From an uncultured delta proteobacterium (GTDB lineage Bacteria > Myxococcota_A > Polyangia > Polyangiales > Polyangiaceae), in contig CAIQDA010000094.1 of NCBI GenBank assembly GCA_903870415.1, positions 1-62,290 on the forward strand: 62,290 nucleotides of DNA, read 5' to 3'. This document shows, piece after piece, positions 38,769-47,448 of the stretch. Both the position numbers and the translations under genes were made by a program. Numbering within the stretch: position 1 is the first letter of the stretch; each line of letters opens with the position of its first letter. The notes under the pieces were generated by a model that saw nothing but the letters and a program-made list of their open reading frames with translations, was not told where the DNA came from and ran no database searches.

Positions 38769-40633
38769 TCGACGGTCACCGTCTTGGCGAGATTGCGAGG
38801 CTGATCGACGTCGGTGCCCTTGAGATCGGCCATATGATACGCGAGCAATTGCAGGGGAATCACCGTCACCAAGTGCACGACCTCTGGTGCGCATGCGGGC
38901 ACTGTCACGAGGTCGCCGTCGTGCTTGGCCACAAGGCTCGCAAGCTCTTCGTCGCCCTTCGTTCCGACGGCGATGATCTGCCCCTCGCGCGCCCGCACCT
39001 CTTGAAGGTTCGACGCGGTCTTCTCGAAGTGATCGTCGCGCGGACACACCACCACGACCGGCATCGCATCGTCGATGAGCGCAATGGGTCCGTGCTTCAT
39101 CTCGCCGGCCGCGTAGCCTTCCGCGTGGACGTAGCTGATCTCCTTCACCTTCAACGCGCCCTCGAGCGCGATGGGAAAGCCGATGCCTCGTCCGAGAAAC
39201 AGCATGTCGCGGGCCTTCAGATGGCGCTTGGCGAGGAGCCGCAACGACGCGTCGTCTTCGAGCGCTTCACGCATGAGGGCCGGCACGTGAGCCAGGGCGC
39301 CGAGAACGAATTTGGCGCGCTCCGGCGAGAGCGTGCCGCGACGACGGCCGAGCCACACGGCGAAGAGAAGGAGCGCCGCGAGCTGCGTGGTGAAACACTT
39401 CGTTGAGGCGACGCCAATTTCCGGGCCCGCATGCGTGTAGAATGCACCATCAGCCGCGCGAGGAATCGCGCTGTCGAGAACGTTCGCAATCGCGAGGACC
39501 CGCGCGCCGCCTGCACGCGCAGCCTTCACCGCGGCAAGGGTGTCCGAGGTCTCGCCGGATTGACTCACGGCGATGACGAGATCGCGCGGCGTGAAGACCG
39601 GGTCGCGGTAACGAACCTCGCTCCCGATCTCAACGGTCGAGGGAACCCGCGCGAGGGCTTCGACCCAGTAGCGGCCCGCCATCGCCGCGTGAGCGCTCGT
39701 CCCGCAAGCCACGAAATAGACGCGATCAATACTCGTTGCGACGCTGTCGTCGAGGCCGAGTTCTTGCGACACCACATCGCCGCCCGCAAGATCGATACGC
39801 CCTCGAAGCGTGTCCTCGATCGCACGCGGCTGCTCGTGGATCTCCTTGAGCATGAAGTGTTTGAATCCGCCCTTCTCGGCTTGAGCGGGCGACCAGTCGA
39901 TGCGCTTGGTGGGGCGAACGACGGGCTGGCCGGCGACGGTTCGGAGGCGCGCGTCGAAGGTGAACGCGCCGTCTTTCTCCGTGCGTCGGAGCACGACCAT
40001 CTCGCCGTCTTCGAGGAAGATGACGTCACGCGTGGTCGATAGAATCGCTGGAATATCGCTCGCCGCAATGAGCTCGCCGTCGCCAATGCCCAAGACGAGT
40101 GGCGACTGATCTTTCGCGAGCACGACCACGTCGGGCTCGGTCTTCGAGATGACCGCGATGGCGTATGCGCCGGTCACGAGACGCAGAGACGACGCGACGG
40201 CTTCTTCGAGCGACGGCGACCCTGCCGCGAGCGCGCGAGCGACGAGGTGCGCGACGATCTCCGTGTCCGTGTCGCTGGCGAAGCGAACCCCGGCTGCCTC
40301 GAGCTCGTGACGCAACGCCACGTGGTTTTCGATGATTCCGTTGTGCACGACCGCGACCGGCCCCGAAACGTGCGGGTGCGCATTCGCCTCGCTCGGACGA
40401 CCATGCGTTGCCCATCGCGTGTGGCCGATGCCGACCGTTCCCTTCAGGGGCGTCCGAGCAAGCGCCGCGTCGAGGTTCGACAATTTGCCGACCGCGCGCA
40501 CGACGGCGACTTCACCACCGGCATGAACTGCGATCCCTGCCGAGTCGTAGCCGCGGTACTCCAGCTTTCGGAGGCCCTCCACGAGCACGGGACTGGCAGC
40601 ACGGGTTCCAACGAAGGCAACGATTCCACACAT
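38765..40633 (-). CDS. glmS: Glutamine--fructose-6-phosphate aminotransferase
   Basis: MCGIVAFVG N-terminal nucleophile, two SIS domains, and the C-terminal ...KTVTVE. Confidence 0.95.
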   Translation of the reverse strand: MCGIVAFVGTRAASPVLVEGLRKLEYRGYDSAGIAVHAGGEVAVVRAVGKLSNLDAALARTPLKGTVGIGHTRWATHGRPSEANAHPHVSGPVAVVHNGIIENHVALRHELEAAGVRFASDTDTEIVAHLVARALAAGSPSLEEAVASSLRLVTGAYAIAVISKTEPDVVVLAKDQSPLVLGIGDGELIAASDIPAILSTTRDVIFLEDGEMVVLRRTEKDGAFTFDARLRTVAGQPVVRPTKRIDWSPAQAEKGGFKHFMLKEIHEQPRAIEDTLRGRIDLAGGDVVSQELGLDDSVATSIDRVYFVACGTSAHAAMAGRYWVEALARVPSTVEIGSEVRYRDPVFTPRDLVIAVSQSGETSDTLAAVKAARAGGARVLAIANVLDSAIPRAADGAFYTHAGPEIGVASTKCFTTQLAALLLFAVWLGRRRGTLSPERAKFVLGALAHVPALMREALEDDASLRLLAKRHLKARDMLFLGRGIGFPIALEGALKVKEISYVHAEGYAAGEMKHGPIALIDDAMPVVVVCPRDDHFEKTASNLQEVRAREGQIIAVGTKGDEELASLVAKHDGDLVTVPACAPEVVHLVTVIPLQLLAYHMADLKGTDVDQPRNLAKTVTVE

Positions 40634-40643
40634 GGCTCACGAG

Positions 40644-40683
40644 CGACTTGGGGTGTGACGGTGCCTCAGGTACCGTCAAGTCG
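40644..40683 (-). other. Interrupted 6+6-bp hairpin in the glmS 5' leader / divergent promoter region
   Basis: CGACTT-(7-nt bulge)-GACGGT - 9-nt loop - ACCGTC-AAGTCG, 11-50 nt upstream of the glmS ATG. Confidence 0.3.
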
Positions 40684-40728
40684 CGGCACGACGCTAATCG
40701 ACCGCGCGGGAAGGGCAATCGAGTCGCG

Positions 40729-43700
40729 ATGGGGATCTTGCGTAAGGGGCGACAACCACGCGCCCGTTGGTTGCCGGCTCTTTGGGTTCGTCGGATGGCC
40801 TGCGCGCTGCTTACGGCGGTGGTCGTCGCGCTTGCGCCAGCATCGGCCCTGGCCGGTGAACTGGTGTTCGACGGTTCGGCTCACGCCGTAAACGCCAGCG
40901 ATTCTCTGGACCTTCTCATCGTGAACGGTCCGGACAGGCCGCTCGAAAACGTCCTCTTGAACCTCGACGCCTTCGAGCCTCTCGCGGCAAAAGGCACGAC
41001 GCGACCCCCGAGCCTTGGGGACGAAACGTACTGGCTCCACGGCGTTCTGCGAAACGCCACGGACAAAGCGCAGCGCCTGTACCTCGTGCACCAGTTCGGC
41101 ACGACGGACCGGGTGAACTTCTACCGGCGCACGCCGCAGGGCTGGACCGTTACGAAAAGCGGAGACCACGTTCCCGCCGAGGATCGCGAAGTCTACGGCC
41201 CTCTCCCGTCGGGCACGGTGGACCTCAACCCTGGCGAAACACAGGAGTTCGCCATCGAGCTTCGTACCGTGTCTGCGGTGCTGCTGAAGTTCAAGGTCGT
41301 CGACGCGATCGGGCTCACGCAGGGGGTCATCAGCCACGCGGGCGGCGTTTTCGTGTTGTGCGGGTTTCTCTTGGCCCTTGCACTCTACAACCTTTCGCTT
41401 TTTCGCGGCACGCGCGACACGCTCTTCCTCTTCTACAGCGGCGCGGTGTTCTTCCAAGCGCTCACGTGGATCATGACGTCCGGCGTGCATTCGATGCTCG
41501 GAGCGGGTTCCGTCACACTCGTCGATGGCGGGGTGAACGCATTCCCGTTCATCAGCCTCGCGTTCGCGATTGCGTTTGGTCGACGGTACACGACCGTGCA
41601 TGTGCATGCGCCGCGCATTGATCGCATGCTCCACGGGGCGCAATGGCTGCTTGCGGCGTGGGGCGCCGTTGTTCCCTTCTTCTTTCGTCGTGCGGACGTC
41701 ATCGGGTCCGCGCCGATGCTTGCGGTCTTGCTAACCAGCCTCACGCTCGCCATCGCGTACATCTCCTTTGGTGGCGGCGGCTTCTACGCGCGCAACTACC
41801 TCTCCGGAACGTCGATGCTTCTCGCCGGAAGCGTTCTCTATATTCTGACCGTTCGCGGTGTACTGCCTGAGTTTCCGCTCGTTCTGCAGGCGCCATACAT
41901 CGGCAGCGCCCTCGATGCGCTCATCCTGAGTGCGGGCCTCGCCGAGCGCGTGCGTCGCTTGAGTGAAGAGGCCGCGGAGAGCCGGGATCTGGCGCTCAGC
42001 GCCGCGCGATCACGCCTCGAAGCGCAAGAGAAGGTCACCAAAGAAATCCAGCGCCTCGACCAGCTCAAGGACCTCTTTCTCGCGACCACGTCGCACGAAC
42101 TTCGCACGCCCATCAACGGCATGGTCGGCCTCGCGGACGCGCTGCTCGACGGTTACGCGGGGCCCCTCGCGCCACGCGCAGAAAAGAACCTCCGCATCAT
42201 CGTGGAGAGCGGGCGACGCCTTGCGGGACTCGTGAACGACATTCTCGATTACACGCGCCTGCGCCACGCGGAGCTCGTGATGGAGAAGCGCAAGACGTCG
42301 CTCACGAAGGTCGTCGACGCGGTGCTCGACCTGCAACGACCCGAAGCGCTTCGGAAGGGCCTCTCGCTGACGCACGACGTGGAGGGCTCGATCGTGGTCT
42401 TCGCCGACGACGGTCGACTGCAACAAATTCTTCACAACCTCGTCGGCAACGCGATCAAGTTCACGGCCGACGGCTCGGTGTCGGTGCACGCGCGCGTAGA
42501 GGGCCTGCGCACCGTCGTGGAAGTCAGCGACACGGGCCCCGGTGTTCCAGAGGCCGCGCGCCTTGGCATTTTCGATCCGTTCGACCAGGGAAACGCCGAC
42601 GCGAAGGTCGCCCGACGAGGCGCGGGACTCGGCCTTGCTATCGCGCGCCAGCTCGCGGAAGCGCACGGTGGCCGCATGGAATACGCGACGGGTGCCGAGG
42701 GCGGCTCGGTGTTTCGATTCGATCTCGAGACGTCGCTACAAGTCGCTGCCGCACCGGGCGCCGTCGAAGGCGCTCCCTCGTCGTCCGCGACGATCCCCGC
42801 CTCGCTTCCCTTCGTTCCTCGCGTGGCCGATCCGCGGCGCGAGACCATCTTGATCGTCGACGACGATGAGGTGAATCGCCACGTGCTCGTGCAGCAACTT
42901 TCGCGCGCCGGGCTCGCGGTCGACGAGTGCGAAGGAGGCGCCCAAGCGGTCGAACGCATTCTCTCCGACAATTGCCCGGCCCTCGTGCTTCTCGACGTCA
43001 TGATGCCCGACCTCAGCGGCTTCGACGTCCTTGACCGCGTGCGCCCGCACCGCAACTCGACGGACTTGCCGATCGTGCTTCTCACGGCGCTCACCCGCGA
43101 GAGCGACATCATCGATGGCTTTCGCCACGGAGCGAACGACTACCTGACCAAGCCCTTCACGCGCGAAGAGCTCCTCGTGCGCATCGGCCATCACTTGTCG
43201 CTTCGCCGCTTTTCGGTCGAGACAATCGAAGCGCGCCGACGGCTCGAGCGCGAACTGGAAGAACGCGGGCGCCTTGAGGGAACGGTCGAGGAACTGCGCG
43301 TTCGTCACGTCCGTGCAGAGAGCGATCTCGAGGTCGTCCTTGAGGCAAAGCAGGCGGTCGAGGTCGAACGTGCGGAGGCGCAGCGTCAGCTTATCCAAGC
43401 GGAGAAGATGGCCTCCCTCGGTCAAATGGTCGCAAGCGTCGCCCACGAGATCGACAACCCGCTCAACTACGTCGGCGGTGCTGTCGCCATCTGCCAAAGG
43501 CGCCTGGGAGCCATCCGCGTGGCGTTGGGGGAAGCGAGCGCCGCACCCTGCTCCGCCGCGATCGCCACGCCCATGAACGACATCGATCGCTTCCTCGTCA
43601 TCATCGACGATGGCGTGCACCGACTCTCGGAGGTCACCCGAGCCATGCGCAACTACGGCCGCATGGACGACGAACGAACGGACCACGTGGACCTCAGTTC

Positions 43701-44169
43701 CGTCATTCGAGAGGCTCTCGTCATTGTCGGCGCGCGCACCCGACCCTTCGACTTGCGCACGGAATTCGGCGACGTACCGCCCATGAGCTGCCACCGAAGT
43801 CACATCGGCCAAGTCGTTCTCAACCTCGTGGTGAACGCCGCCGACGCTCTTGGCACCCGCGACCGCGGTGACTCGCACAACCAGGGAATCATCTGCCTTC
43901 GGACGGGTCTCACGGACGACGGCGCAAGCGTTCGCATCGTCGTCGAAGACGATGGACCCGGGGTTCCGGACGACAAGGTCGCGGCCATCATGCGCCCGTT
44001 CTTCACGACGAAGCCCGCAGGCAAAGGCACGGGGCTCGGGCTTGCAATCTGCACGCGTATTGCGGAAGAGCACGGAGGAACTCTCACGCTCGACCGCTCG
44101 CCGGAGTTCGGCGGCGCGCGCTTCACGCTCACCGTTCCTCGGAGCCTGACCCCGACTGCGCTCGCGTAG
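40729..44169 (+). CDS. 7TMR-DISM receptor hybrid histidine kinase with kinase-receiver-kinase architecture
   Basis: Signal peptide, an extracellular domain of about 170 aa, and 7 TM segments. H-box FLATTSHELRTPING and G-box GAGLGLAIARQLAEAHGG. REC (ILIVDDDEVN...LLDVMMPDLSG...DYLTKPF). A second H-box (MVASVAHEIDNPLNY) with a second ATPase (GKGTGLGLAICTRIAEEHGG). Confidence 0.85.
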   Translation: MGILRKGRQPRARWLPALWVRRMACALLTAVVVALAPASALAGELVFDGSAHAVNASDSLDLLIVNGPDRPLENVLLNLDAFEPLAAKGTTRPPSLGDETYWLHGVLRNATDKAQRLYLVHQFGTTDRVNFYRRTPQGWTVTKSGDHVPAEDREVYGPLPSGTVDLNPGETQEFAIELRTVSAVLLKFKVVDAIGLTQGVISHAGGVFVLCGFLLALALYNLSLFRGTRDTLFLFYSGAVFFQALTWIMTSGVHSMLGAGSVTLVDGGVNAFPFISLAFAIAFGRRYTTVHVHAPRIDRMLHGAQWLLAAWGAVVPFFFRRADVIGSAPMLAVLLTSLTLAIAYISFGGGGFYARNYLSGTSMLLAGSVLYILTVRGVLPEFPLVLQAPYIGSALDALILSAGLAERVRRLSEEAAESRDLALSAARSRLEAQEKVTKEIQRLDQLKDLFLATTSHELRTPINGMVGLADALLDGYAGPLAPRAEKNLRIIVESGRRLAGLVNDILDYTRLRHAELVMEKRKTSLTKVVDAVLDLQRPEALRKGLSLTHDVEGSIVVFADDGRLQQILHNLVGNAIKFTADGSVSVHARVEGLRTVVEVSDTGPGVPEAARLGIFDPFDQGNADAKVARRGAGLGLAIARQLAEAHGGRMEYATGAEGGSVFRFDLETSLQVAAAPGAVEGAPSSSATIPASLPFVPRVADPRRETILIVDDDEVNRHVLVQQLSRAGLAVDECEGGAQAVERILSDNCPALVLLDVMMPDLSGFDVLDRVRPHRNSTDLPIVLLTALTRESDIIDGFRHGANDYLTKPFTREELLVRIGHHLSLRRFSVETIEARRRLERELEERGRLEGTVEELRVRHVRAESDLEVVLEAKQAVEVERAEAQRQLIQAEKMASLGQMVASVAHEIDNPLNYVGGAVAICQRRLGAIRVALGEASAAPCSAAIATPMNDIDRFLVIIDDGVHRLSEVTRAMRNYGRMDDERTDHVDLSSVIREALVIVGARTRPFDLRTEFGDVPPMSCHRSHIGQVVLNLVVNAADALGTRDRGDSHNQGIICLRTGLTDDGASVRIVVEDDGPGVPDDKVAAIMRPFFTTKPAGKGTGLGLAICTRIAEEHGGTLTLDRSPEFGGARFTLTVPRSLTPTALA

Positions 44170-44244
44170 AACTTCGCGGCGAAACCATGGTCGCGCCCGC
44201 GAGAGCCTCGCGCGACTTTCCTCGAGCCCTGCTAGCGAGCGCTC

Positions 44245-44682
44245 ATGGCGGCGACCTCCCTCGTTCCCCTCGACCCTGCGAAGACGCGCTCGACGGTGAG
44301 CGTGCGCGTTCGCTTCGATGAAACCGATGCCATGCGCATCGTTCACCACGGGCGCTACCTAGGCTTTCTCGAAATCGCGCGAGTTGAATGGCTGCGCAAA
44401 CGCAACGCGCGCTACGTCGACTGGGCCGCAATGGGGCGCCACTTGGCCGTGGTCGAAGCCAGCTGCAAGTACATGCAGTCCGCACGCTTCGATGACGTTC
44501 TCGACGTTGAGGTCGACCTCGTGGAGCTGCGCGCGGCGTCGCTCCGTTTCGCGTACACGATTCGCCGCGACGGCGTGATCATCACCGAGGGCATGACGCG
44601 ACATGCGTGCGTCGACGACGACGGGAAACTGTGCCGCCTCGACGACGACATGTTCGCGGTTCTGCGAGGCGGCGAAGCCTGA
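44245..44682 (+). CDS. 4HBT/YbgC-type acyl-CoA thioesterase
   Basis: VRVRFDETDAMRIVHHGRYLGFLEIARVEWL hotdog-fold signature. 145 aa. Confidence 0.85.
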   Translation: MAATSLVPLDPAKTRSTVSVRVRFDETDAMRIVHHGRYLGFLEIARVEWLRKRNARYVDWAAMGRHLAVVEASCKYMQSARFDDVLDVEVDLVELRAASLRFAYTIRRDGVIITEGMTRHACVDDDGKLCRLDDDMFAVLRGGEA

Positions 44683-44700
44683 AAGGCTGCAAGCGACCCC

Positions 44701-46740
44701 TCACATGGGGCGCATGGAACTCTCGTCGATGCGCCGCATCGCTTCGAGGAGCAGCATTTCCGTGGGCGTGTGAATGCGCGCGAGGCCCGGCTTGAACGCC
44801 GCGTCGAACGTGAACTCGCCGTCGCGAAGGCGCACGAGCGCGATGACGGCGTCGTCGCCATAACGGTCACCGAAAAAGCCGTCCACGATGGCGCCGAGAC
44901 TGAAGTGGATTTCACCCGTCGCGCGCGTCGACCGGACCAGCAGCCGCCCAGTCTTTCGCGACTGAATCAGCGTTTGAATCACGTCCGGCAACTCGATGTC
45001 TTGGAGCCGCCCGCGAAGAGCTGCGCCGCCTCGGCCTCGCACCGCCTCGAGCGACTGCTTCAAGCGCTCGAACAGTGCACCGGGCGCCAAGCTCTTCGGC
45101 GCCACGTCAAGCGGGCTCAACGTCCCGAGACGCTCGACGACCGAACGCTCAAGCGCTCGGCCCAGCGCGGCGAAGGGAATCCGCGCACCCAAGTGGCCGG
45201 CTTGCAAGTCGGCGAGAAACGACCACGGACCGTCGTCGACGTCGATGAGCACGAGCTCGAAGCGCGCGTCCGTAAGCGCCACGCGCGCCGCGTCGACACT
45301 GCTGACCACCTTCGGACGAAAGCCCGCTTCGAGCGCCCCCACGCGAAGGAGATACGCATCGTCCGGCGACGGATCCACGATGAGAAGCTCGGTCCAATTG
45401 GGGGTCAGCTGCGAGCGCACGAGGGGAGCGAGAACCGCTTGCGTGAGCGCGTCGACCACGATCGGATCGTAGACCGCGTCACGCAAGGTCGCGACGACGC
45501 CTGCGGCTTCTTCGGGCGAGAGGCGTCGGCGGTAGGGATTCGCTTCGTTCTCGGTCAGGTCGGCGTAAGCGTCGGCAACGGCAAGGAGCCTCGCGCCGAG
45601 AGGAATTTCTCGCCCGCGTTGACCGAGAGGGAACCCGCGCCCGTCGAAGCGTTCGTACATATGTTGAAGTGCCGCGCTCACTTCGAGCGGCAGTTTCGAA
45701 CCTTCGAAGAGTCGAATCGGATTGGCGTACACCTTCTTCGCGGCGGCCGCGTAGTCCGGGTATTGCGCCACATTGAAGCTCGACAAGTGCCCAATGCTCG
45801 CCTTGCCGATGTCGTGAAACAGCGCCGCAAGTTCCACCGCTTGGGTCGTCGCCATCGGTGCGGTGACGCGCTCGGCGAGAAGGCGGACGACTCGCGCAAC
45901 GTGGTGCGCATGATCAGGGTTCGCTTGCCCTTCACGCCCGTCGAAGAAGCCAACCACGCGCGCGATGACATCGCGAAAACCGTCGAGACCCCGCGAGCCC
46001 ACGAGGGCTGTCGAGTTGGGAATCGAGCTGAGCGCGCCCATGGACCCGAGCGTTGGCGACGAGCCGAACACCGATGGCGGCCGCTCGGACATGCGTTGCC
46101 GCGGAGGCGTCTGAATGGGCTCGGTGGGCGGCGGAATCGACGTCGGCCTGTCCGCCGATGGACGAACGGACTCGCCCATGAACGCGCCGTAACTGGCCTC
46201 CGCCGACCGCGAAAAGGTCTCACGCTCGAGCAGCGCGAACGCGTGAACGTCGCCCCCGTAGAGACGCGCGATCATCGCCTTTGCCGCCGCCGGTCGCACC
46301 ACGAGCGCTCGCACCTCACGTGCCGAAACGGCGACGCGCAGACCATGAAGCAACGCCGCGTCGTCCGCGTCGGGCATGACGACCGTGAGCACGCCACTCT
46401 CCAAGTCGAACGTCACCGGGCACACCAAATGCTGCTCGGCGTACTTGCGCGGCACCATGTCCGCCACCTTGCTATCCGGCGCGAAAGTCGCGAGGCGCTC
46501 GGTGCTCGCGTAGCGCGTTCGATACAGCGTCGCGAGGGACCGCAAAAGCGGAACCTCTTCGGACATCGCAAGCTCGAGAATGACGTCCTCGATGCGCGAG
46601 CCCGTGCGTTGATGATGCGCAAGAGCGGCCTGCACTTGCGAAGCGCTGAGCACTTGCTCGCGCTGCAAATGATCCAAGATCCGCTTCAGCCCATGTGCAG
46701 AGTGCAGCAATATTCCCCCGACCGCCGGGAAGCGTAGCAC
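44701..46740 (-). CDS. Multidomain signalling protein: T2SSE_N(MshEN)-like + HD-GYP-type phosphohydrolase + REC-like + DUF4388
   Basis: N-terminal T2SSE_N-like region (ILDHLQREQVLSASQVQAALAHHQ...VPRKYAEQHLVCPV). HD domain (HAHHVARV...ALFHDIGK...ERFDGRGFPLG...LAVADAYADLT). REC-like region (LLIVDPSPDD...LVLIDVDD). DUF4388 (LQDIELPDVIQTLIQSRKTGRLLV). Confidence 0.75.
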   Translation of the reverse strand: MLRFPAVGGILLHSAHGLKRILDHLQREQVLSASQVQAALAHHQRTGSRIEDVILELAMSEEVPLLRSLATLYRTRYASTERLATFAPDSKVADMVPRKYAEQHLVCPVTFDLESGVLTVVMPDADDAALLHGLRVAVSAREVRALVVRPAAAKAMIARLYGGDVHAFALLERETFSRSAEASYGAFMGESVRPSADRPTSIPPPTEPIQTPPRQRMSERPPSVFGSSPTLGSMGALSSIPNSTALVGSRGLDGFRDVIARVVGFFDGREGQANPDHAHHVARVVRLLAERVTAPMATTQAVELAALFHDIGKASIGHLSSFNVAQYPDYAAAAKKVYANPIRLFEGSKLPLEVSAALQHMYERFDGRGFPLGQRGREIPLGARLLAVADAYADLTENEANPYRRRLSPEEAAGVVATLRDAVYDPIVVDALTQAVLAPLVRSQLTPNWTELLIVDPSPDDAYLLRVGALEAGFRPKVVSSVDAARVALTDARFELVLIDVDDGPWSFLADLQAGHLGARIPFAALGRALERSVVERLGTLSPLDVAPKSLAPGALFERLKQSLEAVRGRGGAALRGRLQDIELPDVIQTLIQSRKTGRLLVRSTRATGEIHFSLGAIVDGFFGDRYGDDAVIALVRLRDGEFTFDAAFKPGLARIHTPTEMLLLEAMRRIDESSMRPM

Positions 46741-46804
46741 CCGCGCACGAACATCGTCACTTCAGCCGTCGAAGGCTCCGCGTGCCGTTACGCGTCAATT
46801 CGGG

Positions 46805-47446
46805 TCACGCCGACGAGGCGAGATGCTCGCGGAGGCGACTGACGATGAGTTCGAGCGCGACGCGGTTCGTGCCGCCCTCGGGCACGATGACGTCGGCAAA
46901 ACGCTTCGATGGCTCGACGAATGCAAGATGCATGGGCCGCACGGACTCGTAATATTGCGCGCGAACCTGCGCGAACGAGCGTCCGCGCTCCTCGAGATCG
47001 CGACGAATGCGCCGCATCAGTCGAATGTCGGCGTCCGTGTCGACAAAGACCTTCAAGTCGAATCGCGCCCGCATTTCGGGCAGTGCGAGCGCCAGAATGC
47101 CTTCAACAATCACGACCGGCGCCGGGTCGAGATGCACGCTTTCCGCTTTGCGCCCGTGGCCTGCGAAGTCGTAGTTCGGACGCTCGACCGAACGCCCCGC
47201 AACGAGCTCGTCGATGTGATGCTGAAGGAGCTCGAACTCGATGGCGTCCGGGTGGTCGTAATTGACCTTCGCACGCTCCGCGAGCGGCAATTCGCTGCGA
47301 TCGCGGTAGTAGTGGTCCTGCTCAAGGGTGACGCTGGCGCCGGACGGGAGCGCCTGGCCGATGGCGCGTGCCACGGTGGTTTTTCCCGAACCAGAACCAC
47401 CGGCAACGGCGACGACGAAGGGCTTGTTGGCGCGGGCTTCGGACAT
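46805..47446 (-). CDS. udk: Uridine kinase
   Basis: VAVAGGSGSGKTT P-loop, QDHYYRD, NYDHPDA, VIVEGI. I prefer the start at MSEARANK (47446). Confidence 0.9.
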   Translation of the reverse strand: MSEARANKPFVVAVAGGSGSGKTTVARAIGQALPSGASVTLEQDHYYRDRSELPLAERAKVNYDHPDAIEFELLQHHIDELVAGRSVERPNYDFAGHGRKAESVHLDPAPVVIVEGILALALPEMRARFDLKVFVDTDADIRLMRRIRRDLEERGRSFAQVRAQYYESVRPMHLAFVEPSKRFADVIVPEGGTNRVALELIVSRLREHLASSA

Positions 47447-47448
47447 GG

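Noticed and set aside
40408-40728. N-terminal extension of the first 7TMR-DISM kinase ORF (listed start 40408). There are similar listed extensions for rhlE (12805), serS (50299), the AKR (37588), the second kinase (49833) and the lipoprotein (53170).
   Set aside because: The extensions overlap neighbouring genes or divergent promoters and are Arg/Pro-rich. They precede an internal ATG that yields a proper signal peptide or a conserved N-terminus.
40634-40728. Possible glmS ribozyme upstream of glmS
   Set aside because: Only about 95 nt are available before the divergent kinase gene, which is too short for the roughly 170-nt ribozyme. I see none of its conserved core, and the ribozyme is not expected outside Firmicutes-like lineages. 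Only a simple hairpin is present; it is reported separately.
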